The notes beneath the pieces are model-generated. The model was not told where the DNA came from, searched no databases, and was given only the letters and a program-made list of their open reading frames with translations. From positions 14,942,001 to 15,006,000 of the forward strand of contig OZ024750.1 in the NCBI GenBank assembly GCA_964016885.1: a stretch of 64,000 bases of DNA, in the 5' to 3' direction. A program made the position numbers and the translations under genes. Below, piece by piece: positions 1-15,249 of this stretch. This DNA comes from Eledone cirrhosa. Taxonomy: Eukaryota. Every line of letters starts with the position of its first letter. Within the stretch, counting starts at the first letter, position 1.

Positions 1-649
1 GTGTGTGTATTATAGCTTGCTTATTTTTTTCTGGAATCTAAACTATAGTAAAGTAAGGAGTGCGGGACTGCGTACAGAATATATTTTTTCATCCCGTTTG
101 TAAAATAAGTTGGATTACTTTGAATAAATAATGAATGAATATTACATAATTTATCTACTAAATTTCGTTATTCTTGATTAAATATAAATAATACTGTTGC
201 TTATTTTAAGATTTACTTCTTTAAAATTTTTAAATGTCAACACTTCCGGTTAGCGATCGCTTAAATAAACATTCATATATTTACGTCACTAATTTTCTCC
301 TAATGCAGTTTATATATATAATATCGTATTTTTTTTAATGTATCATGGATTACGTTACTGATTACATAAGACAGTGTAACGCAGTCTTCGTTCAATTTCT
401 ATGTATTATATATTGTCAATTACGATTTTATTTGATGTATCATATCTACATGCATATATATTGCGTATAATATCAATATATACACTACTTGTGCTAGCAG
501 GAAACCACCCGAAGGGTGGTTTTTCTGCTAGTATTCCTAAGGATATGAGAGTTGTCACAAATAGCTATTTTCTGCAGTTAGGCAGATCGAAAGTTGTTCT
601 ACTTGGGTGGGCACTTGTTTTAGGGTAGATTTTGTTGGATTGGTAAGAG

Positions 650-868
650 CGGTGGATTGGCAATATCGGTGGAGCATCAGATACTATGCTTTGCAGCATA
701 GAGTTATAGCCCTTTACGTTCTGAATTTAAATCCCACCGAGGTTGGCTTTGCCTTTCATCCTTACGGGGTCGATAAAATAAAGCACCAGTAATGCACTGG
801 GGTAGATTTAATCGACTTTCCCCTCCCCTTCAAATTGCTGACCTTGTGCCTAAAATAGAAACAATTAT
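650..868 (+). mobile_element. tRNA-derived SINE, family A (representative copy)
   Basis: Box A/B-like head (GGATTGGCA..TCGGT; GAGTTCAAATCC in most copies), core CTTTCATCCTTACGGGGTCGATAAAA, tail AGAAACAATTAT. Other copies at about 2594, 4267, 4420, 5968, 7017, 18981, 20209, 37650, 37945, 50680, 51360-51930, 53323, 55286-55590, 58036, 58580 and 60608. Confidence 0.85.
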
Positions 869-3359
869 TTCAAAAGAACTTCTAAAACTGAAAAATACTA
901 TCACATCTATACAAAGTATTATAACATTGTCGCTTTTACTGTCTTTTTAGTCTCCTTCATTAATCTGCTTATATTCATGGAAGTATGTCTTATAAATCAT
1001 GCTGCTTGTTTTAATTTGATCGTCTCTTTTACTATAATATCAGTTGGATTATCCAAGATCAAGTGCATACAACCTGATAAGGTATTATGTACAATAAACA
1101 GTATTAAGTCGAATAAAATAAATTGACAATGAATAACTTTGCAACGTCAGTAGTATCTGTTTGAGGAGTGAAATGTTTTGGAATGTCTAAGTATTTATAG
1201 AATCCTCAAACCAAATGTAGATGATTGTCTATTTTATTTAAAACAAGAATCAAAGCGGGAGATGCTTAATACAAGCAGGTTTCAATTATAAATAATTTTC
1301 CAGATTTTTCACCTATTAATATTTTAATCTCTTATTATTAGGGTGGTGGAATTTTCAGACTTCATAGCTTGAAGTCTGAAAAACATTCTATTTATTTATT
1401 GCTGTTCTTTATTTTTCTTCTCCTTTGTGAGTTATTCTCTGGGTTTTGAAGCATTATCTTCATACTTTCTACATATTTCTTTCATTGTTCTTATTCTTTC
1501 GTCTATTAGAATTGGTAACACATCTATTGTTGGTGACTTGTTTTCTGTGTCTACGTTGGTTTACTTTAACTTTACTTTGTGTGTTTCGTTATTTTGTGAT
1601 AGTATCACCATATTTGTCTGTATTTGATTCTTTTATTGTGTTGTTGCGATCTTTAATTATATAATCCATATTACTCCATATTACTTCATATTACTTCGTA
1701 CTAACACAGGTTTAGATTTCTTGTTTTAAACTAGTAGTTCTCCCCCTGAGACTCTGTTCTTTTAGACAATGTCCCTTCTTGCAAATATTTCATCATTTTT
1801 ATTAGAAAGCAAAATATTAGCGCCTGGTGAAACTAATAGTCGATTGTATCGGTAAAAATCTGTTCAGTAAAGGATACAAAATAACATAACTTCGAATGCG
1901 ATACGCAAAAGTAAATTTCATCGAAATGAAAATAGATCTCTATATATTCCTAATTTTGGATTATTGTTTCTTCAAAGCTTGAGGGTATGATTTGTTTTAG
2001 CATTCTCTTTTGGGAAAATGTTAAGGAATTCGTTGAATTCAGCATTCGTCTAATTTGGCTCTGTTTTTTTTTTGTATTTATTTTTAGAGTTTAAATAATT
2101 CCACTATTGATCTACCAAATGGGAAGATATGAGAGATATTAGCAATCAGTTATATTGTCTCAATATTTCTAAACAACAGTAAAAAATTGTGTTATTTAAT
2201 GTATTCATCCATCACTATTATGTAGGGTCGTATATAGTATATAGATTGCGATATTTGTTCTTTTGGGTGGGTAAAAATAGATAGTTGTTTACTAAAATCG
2301 ATTCAACCAAGAACATTGTTACGAATACAAGTACTTCTTGTGTTCAAAATATTATTTTTCAGTAGTCAGATTTTTATTGCATAATTTTGCTGCACAACCA
2401 AGCGCAACGCTGTTCATTTTGGTTAAGTACAGTGTTTTGCTTTATTCGTATATTTTACTTTTGAAATTCTCAATGTAGTATGTGTGTAATCATTTACAGT
2501 AATATATTCTGCAAGCTGTGTATGTATAAATTCTGGGTCTTTTGTTGTGTATTTGATTGTTTTTTAAATCATATATTATATTATTATTATAGAAGAGAGT
2601 CGGACGCCATGCTTTGACGCATAGACTTACGGCCTTTGTCATTCTGAGTTCAAATCCCGCCGAGGTTAACTTTGCCTTTCATCCTTACGGGGGTCGATGA
2701 AATAAAGTACCAGTAATGCACTGGGATCGACATATGTGTGTATAAATGTATGTATTTGTGAGTATCCTTGTCTACGTTTACGTCTGAGCCTGCGTTTGTG
2801 CTTGCGTTTGTATCTATGTCCTGTGGTCAATATTAAAATGGTGTCACAGCATGAGACCACATTACTTTGGTATCTTATTAAACCTCTTTTTTTGTTAATT
2901 GTATGACCCTTTGAAATATTTTAATCCGAAGGTTATCTTTTTATCACGCACCTGTACATTGTCATCATCATCATTATATATACACACACATACACATATC
3001 TATCTATCTATCTATCTAAGGCGGGTAAAATTCCCGAGATCCATGGACGAGTTCTCTCCAGCGGTCTCTGTCCTTCATTATCGCTGCCATATCCTGCATC
3101 TCCAACAGACCAGTGTCTGTCCTTAGGGCATCAACATATGTCCTTAGAGCCACATACACACATATATATATATATATATATATACATACATATATACATA
3201 CATATATATGTACATACATATAAACATATATATATATATATATATATAAATATACACACACACATATATATATATAAATATATATATACACACACACACA
3301 TAGACACAAACACACACAAACACACACAAACACATACACACATATATATATATTGAATA

Positions 3360-3407
<48 letters not shown>

Positions 3408-3432
3408 CATATATATATATATATATATATAT

Positions 3433-3498
<66 letters not shown>

Positions 3499-3501
<3 letters not shown>

Positions 3502-3775
3502 GAAAATAGATGAAATCGAAAATGCAACTGGAGTCTTTATAAAAAATATTTATTTGGTTCCTTCCTTTACCGGTTTCGCAGTTCTTGTGCTTTTCAAAAG
3601 TAGAATTGAGATGGAGGGTTTGTGGTTTTTCATCAGATGCGAGAAAAACCACAAACCCTCCATCTCAATTCTACTTTTGAAAAGCACAAGAACTGCGAAA
3701 CCGGTAAAGGAAGGAACCAAATAAATACTTTTTAAAAAGACTCCAGTTGCATTTTCGATTTCATCTTTTTTCCTT
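3499..3775. repeat. Fold-back inverted repeat, ~133-bp arms and 11-nt loop
   Basis: Arms 3499-3631 and 3643-3775 are nearly perfect and directly follow (TA)n. Confidence 0.92.
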
Positions 3776-3879
3776 ATACTTTCACTCGTGTAGGACATCT
3801 CGTTTTTTTTTTCATTTTGTAAAACAGCTCATTTTCTAATATAAATATATATATATTGAATAATGGTTGTATTTTCCAG

Positions 3880-4119
3880 GCAAAAATACCAATAAGAAAG
3901 CTTTTACTTTGGATAACATATCAGGAGTTATTCTTACAAATATTGTTTTCGATTACGAAAACATTACAATGTATATGTTATGCGTCCGAGTAGTGAGGTT
4001 CAGAGAAATGAAAACGTTACCTACCTCAACTGATCCAGGCGAATTCCAAACGATAATAGTAAATATAATAGACACAAATGATAATGGTCCAAAATTCGAT
4101 AGAATAAAAGAATCTGCAG
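3880..4119 (+). CDS. Cadherin-related protein, internal exon (EC repeat C-terminal part and linker); gene 5' end not identified in window
   Basis: ttttccag|G acceptor and CAG|gtgagt donor; 240 nt, phase 1-1. Translates as KNTNKKAFTLDNISGVILTNIVFDYE...IIVNIIDTNDNGPKF, with DYE and DxNDNxPxF cadherin motifs. Confidence 0.93.
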
Positions 4120-5101
4120 GTGAGTAAAACACGATTATATTATATAACTTAGATGTAGAGTCTGCCATCCTCTCCCCTTCCTCATTTCTTTCTTTCGTTG
4201 CCTAATAATCTATGCCCTTTCCATCCTATTCCTCTCATTTATAACAATTATTTAAGGTATGTGTGAGGGCGACGGATTGGCAGTATCGCTAGAGCGTCGA
4301 ACAACATTCTGTGCAGAATATAGTTACAACCCTTTACGTTCTGAGTTCAAATCCCAGCGAGGTTAGTAATGCACTGGAGTCGATTTAAATGACTATTCCG
4401 TTCTCTTCAAACTTTTGTTAGAACGTTGGAAAAATGCATAGCAGTATTTATTCCAGCTTTTGACATTCTGAGTTCAAATCCTGCCGAGGTCAACTTTGCC
4501 CTTCATATTTTCGAGGTCGATGAAATAAAGTAACAGCTAAGTACTGAGGTCGATATAAACGACTTTTCCCTCTCGTAAAATCTAGCCTTGTGTCAAAAGT
4601 ACAAAGATTCTTAATGTCTTGCTTGTTGTGTCTGGCATTCCAATTGTTGAGAGACTTAAAGTACAGCTCTCATCTGAAAGTAGTTGGCGCATTGAATAAT
4701 TCGTTTCCAAGCGCATCTCCCTTACCATCCTCCGGGGAAACGGGGCTGTGGGGAGGCCAGCACGTGGGACTCCATTTGCTCACCATATGAAGAGATGGGG
4801 AGGGCGAGAGAGATGGAGGCGATGACAGTGGGAGTTCGGCTGTTCTTTCATGTTTACTTAAGTTACTATTTCCTTTTCTGCAATCAGATAATAAATGTTT
4901 TAAATATTGTTGTAGATGATAACTATAGTCATGTAGATGATAACTGTAGCATATACAAACATAATGGTTTACTTTATAGAGTTAAATCTTTCAGGAACTT
5001 CAGTCTGTTATCATCATATGATCAATAAAGTAAACTAGCAAAAATATAGCAATATCACTTATAAAATAATGAATTCATAGAGTAGAATATTTGTCTTCCA
5101 G

Positions 5102-5391
5102 TGATCTACGAGAAATCTCCTTCTGGTTCAAAAGTAGCAATAGTGACAGCCAAAGATCCTGACAGTTTTCGTTTCAAGAAAGTGAAATACTCCATTGAGA
5201 AAATTGAATGCTATATTCCTGAATCAGACGCATTTTATTCAACCGAAAACGCTTTTGTAATAAATCGCAATGATGGACGAATTCTGACAAACCTACCAAA
5301 CTACATCAAATTTGTTCGTAGTCATTTCATTGTCACTATCCGTGCAGAAGATGAACTGAATTCAAATTATTATAGCACGATGAAGTATACG
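5102..5391 (+). CDS. Cadherin-related protein, exon encoding the last EC repeat
   Basis: gtcttccag|T acceptor and ACG|gtacgt donor; phase 1-0, joins the previous exon as [25 protein letters not shown] (AxDxD motif)...[12 protein letters not shown]...VTIRAEDE...MKYT. Confidence 0.92.
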
Positions 5392-5441
5392 GTACGTAAA
5401 ACATCTATCACTCTTTCTCTCTCTCTAACTAATGCTTTCTC

Positions 5442-5522
<81 letters not shown>

Positions 5523-5525
5523 TTG

Positions 5526-5583
<58 letters not shown>

Positions 5584-5586
5584 CAA

Positions 5587-5617
<31 letters not shown>

Positions 5618-6192
5618 GCATCTACACCTCCACTCCCGCACATTATATATATATATACGCAAACACACAGACACACATATATATAATTTGCAAGTGGTTA
5701 CCTGCCATATTCAGAGAAACAGTCAATCCAGACCACATGGGGCGAATTTGTATTTAACAGTGACAGCATATATAATTTATATATGTTGTCACATCCGCTA
5801 GAAATAGGTGTGTTGTACCAGTCACACCACAAGAAGCTCTACAAATTAAGAAATTGGATAATTTCTCTAACTATAATCCCTGCACTTGGACAATAAATAT
5901 AAAAAATATTATAATATATTACAACATTTTTATTGATAATTTATCTCTATTTATATATAAATATTTAAGTGTTTCTACTTTAGGCACAAGGCCAGCAATT
6001 ACCCAGTGCATTACTGGTACTTTATTTTATCGACCCCGTAAGGATGAAAGGCAAAGTTAACCTCGGCGGGATTTGAACTCAGAATGGCAAGGGCCGTAAC
6101 TCTATGCGTCAAAGCATGGCGTCCGACCCTCTACCGATACTGCCAATTCACCGCCATTTCACTATCTCTCTCTCTCTAACTAATGCTTTCTC

Positions 6193-6296
<104 letters not shown>

Positions 6297-6834
6297 TACA
6301 TATATATATATATATAGCATCTACACCTCCACTCCCGCACATTATATATATATACGCAAACACTTTATATATAAATATTTAATGATAGTTCGTTGTTGTT
6401 ATTTAAGACATTTTTATGTAAATGTGTGTGTATGTATATAATGTAACTGACTCTGTGGATGAGTATGTAATATAATTTCCTATATAGATAATAAACACAA
6501 CCACAAGGATATGGTCCGAACGTGGAAGAGCCGAACTCCCACTGTCATCGCCTCCATCTCTCTCGCCCTCCCCATCACTCTTGATGGTGAGCAAATGGGG
6601 TCTCACGTGCTGGCCTCCCCACAGGCCCCGGCGGACAGAATGGAGATAAGAAATTGAAGCAGATATATTCTAATTTAAATTAGTATACATTGCACCTATT
6701 TCTAGCGTATGCATATGCACACATACACGCAGCCACAAAGAAACAACGCACACATACATACCCAAACGTACACATGCAAACGCTTACACGCACATACACA
6801 CACACACTAATCTTACAGTATTTTTGTCTATTAG

Positions 6835-6923
6835 ATCTATGTAATTCAACCACGCCAGCAAACCAGCATAGTTTTACCTGGCACTTTAGATGTAAGTCAA
6901 CCGTCTAGTGCAGAACTAATGTC
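6835..6923 (+). CDS. Cadherin-related protein, exon (end of last EC, start of membrane-proximal domain)
   Basis: tttttgtctattag|ATC acceptor and TC|gtaagt donor; phase 0-2; IYVIQPRQQTSIVLPGTLDVSQPSSAELMS. Confidence 0.82.
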
Positions 6924-7233
6924 GTAAGTTATATATTTTTATGTTTTCTATCATTTTATCCACGTAAAAGTGGTGTTTGGTTTCTAATATAGATTTCTTT
7001 TCGTTCCATACATTAGATAATTGTTTCTGCTTTTGGCACAAGGCCAGCAATTATCCCAGTGCATTATTGGTACTTTATTTTATCGATCCCGTAAGGAAGA
7101 AAGGCAAAGTTAACCTCGACGGGATTTGAACTCAGCTTTGTATTGCAGAAATGAGGTGAAAGGATATGCTGTCATCGGGTGTTGGAAGCTCGCACTTTGT
7201 ACAAATGTTCATCTCCTGCAGATGTTTCGTACG

Positions 7234-8745
<1,512 letters not shown>

Positions 8746-8785
8746 TTCAAAATATTAACAAAATAGATATTCTTGTGATCAAGTA

Positions 8786-8852
8786 TATTTTATTATACAT
8801 ATTTCAGAGGTACTAAGTTAACTTCAACAGTACGTCCTCATCAGATAAAATA
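8786..8852 (-). ncRNA. Minimal type I hammerhead ribozyme (PLE-type)
   Basis: Reverse complement reads UAUUUUAU-CUGAUGA-GGACGUACU..AGUACCUCU-GAAA-UAUGUA-UA/AUAAAAUA; 8-bp stem I, AUA cleavage triplet. Confidence 0.75.
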
Positions 8853-9100
8853 ATGTGACATTCCCTGACATAGTAGATGGTTAAGATTCAGTCATGCAGT
8901 GAGTAATATATGACAAAACTCAATATTTATATACCTTAATATTGAGAACATGAGAAAAATATATAATACATACAATAGAGAGGGTGCGTGTGAGACAGCT
9001 TAAAAAATACTTGGCATCAATATAACTGTTAAAAAATTTAAATTACTGAAAAAAGAGGAAAGAAGGGAAAGCATAGAGGAAGAAACAGCTGATATATATA

Positions 9101-9364
9101 TATAAACGTTTGAATATGTGTAATAAGGCCAAGACAATGCAGGTATGGACATAGAAAAAAGAATGCTTGGCTAGAGATTTAAAGACGCTGGTTTGAGACC
9201 TTTACTTCCCTCCGAAGAAGAGATATTATCTCGAAAATTAAGGACATTTAAATAAATTCAAGGTGAAAGACGAATTCACATCAATATCTTTCACTATTGC
9301 ATTCTTTTTTCTATGTCCATACCTGCATTGTCTTGGCCTTATTACACATATTCAAACGTTTATA
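9101..9364. repeat. Inverted repeat, 66-bp arms and ~132-bp spacer
   Basis: TATAAACGTTTGAATATGTG...AAAGAATGC and its reverse complement. Confidence 0.9.
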
Positions 9365-9871
9365 CCTCATTACACAATGCTTCAAGTGAACTATAACCTC
9401 CCCCATATATATATATGTTTAACTTTTAAATATATTTATATATATACATACATATATAGTACTGGTCTCAACGATGTTAGTTGCTTATATTAATCTTAGT
9501 AGTGTATCTTGTACTTAATTATTTAATCTTGTTACGGACGAAAGGCAATCCAACCTCGATGCTAAAGAACATATATTTTCCTTCTTTCCCTCCTCCGTTT
9601 TCCCAATAACCTACCCGGTTATTGAACGCTCTGGGGGTAGATATATTGTCTTTAAAGCGTTGAAATATCCGAGACAGCCAGTAGACAACTGATGAGGAAA
9701 ACTCCTCCCCCCCGTTCTTGCTTTCTTCTTATTCTCATTCCATTTTTAAGCTTATATATATATATTATATATATGTATACATACGCTAACAAGAACACAC
9801 ACATAGTTACTGATTATGGAATTGTTAACGATTAGATATAATAACCATTGTCTTGAAAACTCTTCTTTCAG

Positions 9872-9955
9872 TAAGCTAAACGAACTTGGACTTGGAAAAT
9901 TTGTCATAAAAAATTTAGACTATCAGAGAAAGCTTAACGACCCAAACTCGCACAT
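9872..9955 (+). CDS. Cadherin-related protein, membrane-proximal domain exon
   Basis: tcttctttcag|T acceptor and AT|gtaagt donor; 84 nt, phase 2-2; KLNELGLGKFVIKNLDYQRKLNDPNSH. Confidence 0.82.
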
Positions 9956-10157
9956 GTAAGTAAAATTCTTTGCAAATAAGATAAATTCTATGGATGATTA
10001 ATTAAAGCTAATTTGAATCTCATGAGCAAGTATTTTCAAACCATAAAAAGACTTATTGATCCAGGTCAAGACTTATTAAGGTATAACAAAATTTTACCTA
10101 GTTTTTAACTTCAAATGGCTGTCATTTAGTGTCAAATAATAACCGTTACCAAATAAT

Positions 10158-10374
10158 GATTTCTAGTATAGGCACAAGGCCAGTAACTTGGTGGGAGGGG
10201 AAAGTCGATTAAATCGACCCCAGTACGTTACTGTTGCTTTATTTTATCAACCCCGTAAGGAGGAAAGGCAAATTTAACCTCGGCGGGATTTGAACTCAGA
10301 TCCTAAAGGACCGTAACTCTATGCTGCAAAGCATGGTGTGCGACCTTCTACCGATACTGCCAATCCACCGCCCT
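10158..10374 (-). mobile_element. SINE family A, full length with TSD
   Basis: 16-bp direct repeat ACCGTTACCAAATAAT at 10142-10157 and 10375-10390. Confidence 0.88.
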
Positions 10375-11076
10375 ACCGTTACCAAATAATAACAATCAAA
10401 CAAGAGCAGTCATGAATAGAATGAATGACAGAATTGCTCCCACACTAACTAAAATTACAGAACAGTATGGCTTTCTAACCCTTTAATATTTCATCGTTAT
10501 CATTGCGACCACAGTTGGACATTCTTGATAAAATCTCTCTACAATTCACGATTTTCCATTGCTCCTGGTAACTGCTCCCTACTGAGGTTTGTAACGTCTG
10601 AGAGTTGATCAATGAAAGTTCGAACAGGTATTCGTCTATGCCTCCCGTGAGTTGGTTCCCCACAATAGTAGCTTGTGAATAAGTTCCTGCTTATTTATTT
10701 TTGAAGTGTTCTAAACCTTTCTCTCTGTCGTTATTTACAAATATATCCAATAGGAATTTACGAGAACCCCCGCAACCAAAGATTATAGAAATTGCACTAT
10801 ACTCTCTTGAAAATTAAATAATGAATAACGTACTTCTAGATATCAGCTAGTAGAGAAAAAAACAGGCTGGAACGTCCTTGATCATAGGTTCGCCTAATCA
10901 GGTCTGATCTAGGGCCTCAACACTTTTGAGATTAAAACTATACTAAATGCTACATTTCTGCAATAGTTTCCAGTAATTTTTAAATATAAAAAATCCCCAT
11001 CTGTGTTTTACTCTGAGTCATAAAGTGTTTATATTTCACAGAATAATTTTGTATGTATCATTGTATTTTTTTTCAG

Positions 11077-11203
11077 AACCAATTTGTGTTTCGTTGTTGA
11101 AAAGGATGGCAAAATTTTATCATTATCTGAGACTCAAGACATATTAAAAAATGACAAAGCACAAAATATTATGGAGAAGTATACATCAACATCAGTTACC
11201 AGT
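11077..11203 (+). CDS. Cadherin-related protein, membrane-proximal domain exon
   Basis: ttttttttcag|A acceptor and AGT|gtacgt donor; phase 2-0; TNLCFVVEKDGKILSLSETQDILKNDKAQNIMEKYTSTSVTS. Confidence 0.82.
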
Positions 11204-11679
11204 GTACGTATAACAGTATTATTTTGCCTTTTTGTCAAGGAGGGAAGTTAAACCAATCAGTTCAGAATCTAATCTTAGTCTGAATCTTCTGAAATTTTCT
11301 TTTCTAAACATCAACTATTTGATGAATAATAACGGCTGATAGGGATAAAGAGGAGTCAAATGATTATTTAATACCTTTTACTTGCAGCGACAGGCTTCTG
11401 ACATCATGTATAAATAATTATCCTTATTAACACTCAATTCACTATGAACATAAATTTATTGTAGAAGGCCAAATTTCTATACGGACAGTAGAATATCTCA
11501 TATAAAACATAACATAGAAGAGCAATTCAAGAAATGTGGAACATGCTTTGTTGATAAATGTTCAATACCTCATAGCAGGATTATAGGAGGATCACAATAG
11601 GAGTTATCCTGTAGTAGGTCTTTTTATCTCGCTGTCCAAGAGAGTTATCTCTCTCGTGAACCCCAAAAGGTTTTATAAT

Positions 11680-11867
11680 TGTTTCTACTTTTGGCACAAG
11701 GCCAGCAATGACCCAGTACATTACTGGTACTTTATTTTATCGACCCCGTAAGGATGAAAGGCAAAGTTAACCTCGGCGGGATTTGAACTCAGAATGGCAA
11801 GGGCCGTAACTCCATGCGTTAAAGCATGGCGTCCGTCTCTCTACCGATACTACCAATCCACCGCCCT
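11680..11867 (-). mobile_element. SINE family A, full length with TSD
   Basis: 13-bp TSD AAGGTTTTATAAT at 11667-11679 and 11868-11880. Confidence 0.88.
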
Positions 11868-12029
11868 AAGGTTTTATAATGAGGCGGCAACAATGTATTC
11901 ATACGCAATCTAAAACGATTGGTTTGTTTAACTAAATCACGTATGAATACATTGTTGTTGCGAGGTAAGAAAGAGTTCCGCTACAGGCTTATGGGATTGT
12001 ACTTCGCTTAGATTTATATTGTATTAAAC

Positions 12030-12315
12030 TAAAAAAAAAGTCTGTCTTAAGCCAGAAGACTCATTTGGCCGCTGCTTATCCCTGTTTCATGGCGTGAAGC
12101 GACCGAGAGTACAAGATTCCCCCCTGGACAGGACGCCAGTCCATCGCAGGGTTAAACCTCCAGCTATTGCTGGTACTCATTTTCAGCTGAGTATATTGGA
12201 GCAACGTGAAATGAAGTGTTTTGCTCAAGAACACAACACGCAACCCAGGAATCGAACCCACGATATTATGATCGTAAGTTCAACACTCCTACCCCTAGAC
12301 CACGTGCCTCCACAC
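12030..12315 (-). mobile_element. tRNA-derived SINE, family B, with TSD
   Basis: Head GGAGGCACGTGG..GGTTCGATTCC and body AACCCTGCGATGGACTGGCGTCCTGTCC; 12-bp TSD ATTGTATTAAAC at 12018-12029 and 12316-12327. Confidence 0.85.
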
Positions 12316-12578
12316 ATTGTATTAAACAGACGATAGTTAAGTCACACAGTTAGGAGTATGACTTAGATGCCTAATATATTATTAAGGTTAGGGTTAGGCA
12401 AGGCCTATTACGTACTTTCTATATTACTCTCTCTATTTGTCTATCCCCCCATCCCCCTCTCCCCCTCCTCCTCTCTTTATTTCTCTCTCCCTCTCTCTCT
12501 TTCTCTCCCCTCTCTCTCTCTCTCTACACACACATGCTCATACACATGTATATTGAGAGCTAATTCTATTATTTCCAG

Positions 12579-12706
12579 TCTTGCAATCCTGAGACAACAC
12601 GCGAAAGCAGCGGGACACCAATGTGGTGGGTGCTTATAGCCCTTGCAATAATAATTTTCATTTGCTGTATCCTTCTTATTGTTGCCATATCTTTGCTTTA
12701 TAAGAG
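12579..12706 (+). CDS. Cadherin-related protein, transmembrane exon
   Basis: atttccag|TCT acceptor and AG|gtaaga donor; phase 0-2; SCNPETTRESSGTPMWWVLIALAIIIFICCILLIVAISLLYK, a hydrophobic helix. Confidence 0.9.
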
Positions 12707-13511
12707 GTAAGAAACTATTTCATTTAATTCCTATTTTATTCATGTGTATTTAGGGGGAAATTTAATCTGAGATGTCATACAATATAGAAATTTATCGCTT
12801 TGGTGTCACTTAAGTTTATGAACATGCACACAAGTTGATTATTAAAATGAACTATACAGAGCTTATAATAAAGTATTGAATTATACTTTATGTACATTAG
12901 ATACAAATAACAGTTGGTTGCAAAATGTTATATCGTCAAAATAAATAAATATGAATATTTTGTTTGGTTCTACAAGTTCAGAGATATCCATACATTCAAG
13001 GCCAATAAAATAAGCTATATTAATAAAATGAGGTAAAATAAACCAACTATTCCTTTCCAGTTCAAATATTTATCTTGTGCATCATCCCCCCCCCCCCCCC
13101 CCAAAAAAAATTTCATTTTCATTAACATGTAATTTTCTTTTTAACGTTATATTAACGTAATATTTTCAAGAATTTATTTTTATATTTATTTAAGTGTAGA
13201 GAAAGGCGTATGGCGTATTTTACTTTGCACAGTAAATACATATTTACCAATAATTAGAAGCAAATTTTGTGCCCTCTATTTACTATGCTATTTATGAGTT
13301 ATGTGTATCAGATTATTCTGTGTATCTGATCAATCTCTGAAGTGTGAAGGCTGTGGATTTCTTTGAAAATCTAAAGCTAATTTGATGTCTCATTGTAGAC
13401 ACAAGAATCAAGTAATTGACTGGTTGATTCGATAGTTGAGTCCCAGGTGTGTCCAAACAGTTACTTGTAATAATGGTATTTTAAAAACTTTCTTTATTTC
13501 TCTCCGTACAG

Positions 13512-13543
13512 TCATAAACGCTTCATGGAAACAGAAAACACTA
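13512..13543 (+). CDS. Cadherin-related protein, 32-nt cytoplasmic juxtamembrane exon
   Basis: Long pyrimidine tract plus acag|T acceptor and A|gtaagt donor; phase 2-1; (S)HKRFMETENT, basic residues right after the TM helix. Confidence 0.72.
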
Positions 13544-13879
13544 GTAAGTATAATGTAGCCTTTTCAAGATTCCTGAATTTTTATCTATTACATCTCTACA
13601 TTATGTTCTAAAGTAAAGACCTTTTGAATTCTATGCCGACTATAATACATCAGTCCTCCATTCAGCATATGTTTCGTATTTATTATGCAAACCACAAGAG
13701 AAGCATTTATATATTTTAGAGTCCAAACTCTGTCATAGAGAATTGTCTTCTTATTGATGATATGACATGCTTAAAATCGATAGTTAAGTCATTAGTTATT
13801 GTGCTTCTACTTCACTGTCAGTGAAGTATCAACTGATCGAATTATCAACTTTACCATTTGTTCTTCTCCGAAGTCTTTA

Positions 13880-14881
13880 AAATATGTACTATATAAATTA
13901 ATGGGGTTAATATACTCAGCTAAAATCATTCTATAATATGTACTATATAAATTAATGGGGTTAATATACTCAACTAAAATTATTCTATAATATGTACTAG
14001 ATAAATTAATGGGGTTAATATACTCAGCTAAAACTATTCTATAATATGTACTAGATAAATTAATGGGGTTAATATACTCAACTAAAACTATTCTATATGT
14101 CCTAGATAAATTAATGGGGTTAATATACTCAACTAAAACTATTCTATAATATGTACTAGATAAATTAATGGGGTTAATATACTCAGCTAAAACTATTCTA
14201 TAATATGTCCTAGATAAATTAATGGGGTTAAAATACTCAGCTAAAACTATTCTATAATATGTCCTAGATAAATTAATGGGGTTAAAATACTCAGCTAAAA
14301 CTATTCTATAATATGTACTATATAAATTAATGGAGTTAATATACTCAGCTAAAACCATTCCATAATATGTACTATATAAATTAATGGGGTTAATATACTC
14401 AGCTAAAACCATTCCATAATATGTACTAGATAAATTAATGGGGTTAATATACTCAGCTAAAACCATTCCATAATATGTACTATATAAATTAATGGGGTTA
14501 ATATACTCAGCTAAAACCATTCCATAATATGTACTATATAAATTAATGGGGTTAATATACTCAGCTAAAACCATTCCATAATATGTACTAGATAAATTAA
14601 TGGGGTTAATATACTCAGCTAAAACCATTCCATAATATGTACTAGATAAATTAATGGGGTTAATATACTCAGCTAAAACCATTCCATAATATGTACTATA
14701 TAAATTAATGGGGTTAATATACTCAGCTAAAACCATTCCATAATATGTACTAGATAAATTAATGGGGTTAATATACTCAGCTAAAACCATTCCATAATAT
14801 GTACTATATAAATTAATGGGGTTAATATACTCAGCTAAAACTATTCCATAATATGTACTAGATAAATTAATGGGGTTAATA
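13880..14881. repeat. 54-bp minisatellite, about 18 copies, intronic
   Basis: Unit TAATATGTACTAGATAAATTAATGGGGTTAATATACTCAGCTAAAACCATTCCA. Confidence 0.95.
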
Positions 14882-15101
14882 GAACCCTTCGATAGCATGT
14901 GCTAGCATGTTATGTTGAAGTCGGTAATAAGTAATTTAGCATTTCGATAAACAAAGATCGATAAAAATATATACCAAAGCAAAGCAACATATACTAGGGT
15001 TGAAGTTACTGATTCAAACGTGTGTAGGCAGGGCAGTGTTTCAGCATAGCTGCAATCCAATAATTGAAGACGATGAAAGGATATATATATCTATCTATCT
15101 A

Positions 15102-15147
<46 letters not shown>

Positions 15148-15195
15148 TTAGTAGAATTTCAAATATATATATTGCAAATGTCAATATATGGGAGT

Positions 15196-15249
<54 letters not shown>

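Noticed and set aside
1806-1851. Upstream cadherin exon candidate
   Set aside because: Weak donor and no cadherin-like residues in the open frame.
6892-6897. Alternative donor GAT|gtaagt
   Set aside because: Phase 0 does not fit the phase 2 acceptor at 9872, where it would give an immediate TAA.
8808-8898. Exon after atttcag
   Set aside because: Stops in all three frames; the sequence is the antisense of an HHR-bearing repeat.
13807-14898. 363-aa ORF with 18-aa repeats
   Set aside because: Produced by a 54-bp intronic minisatellite antisense to the cadherin; no independent coding evidence.
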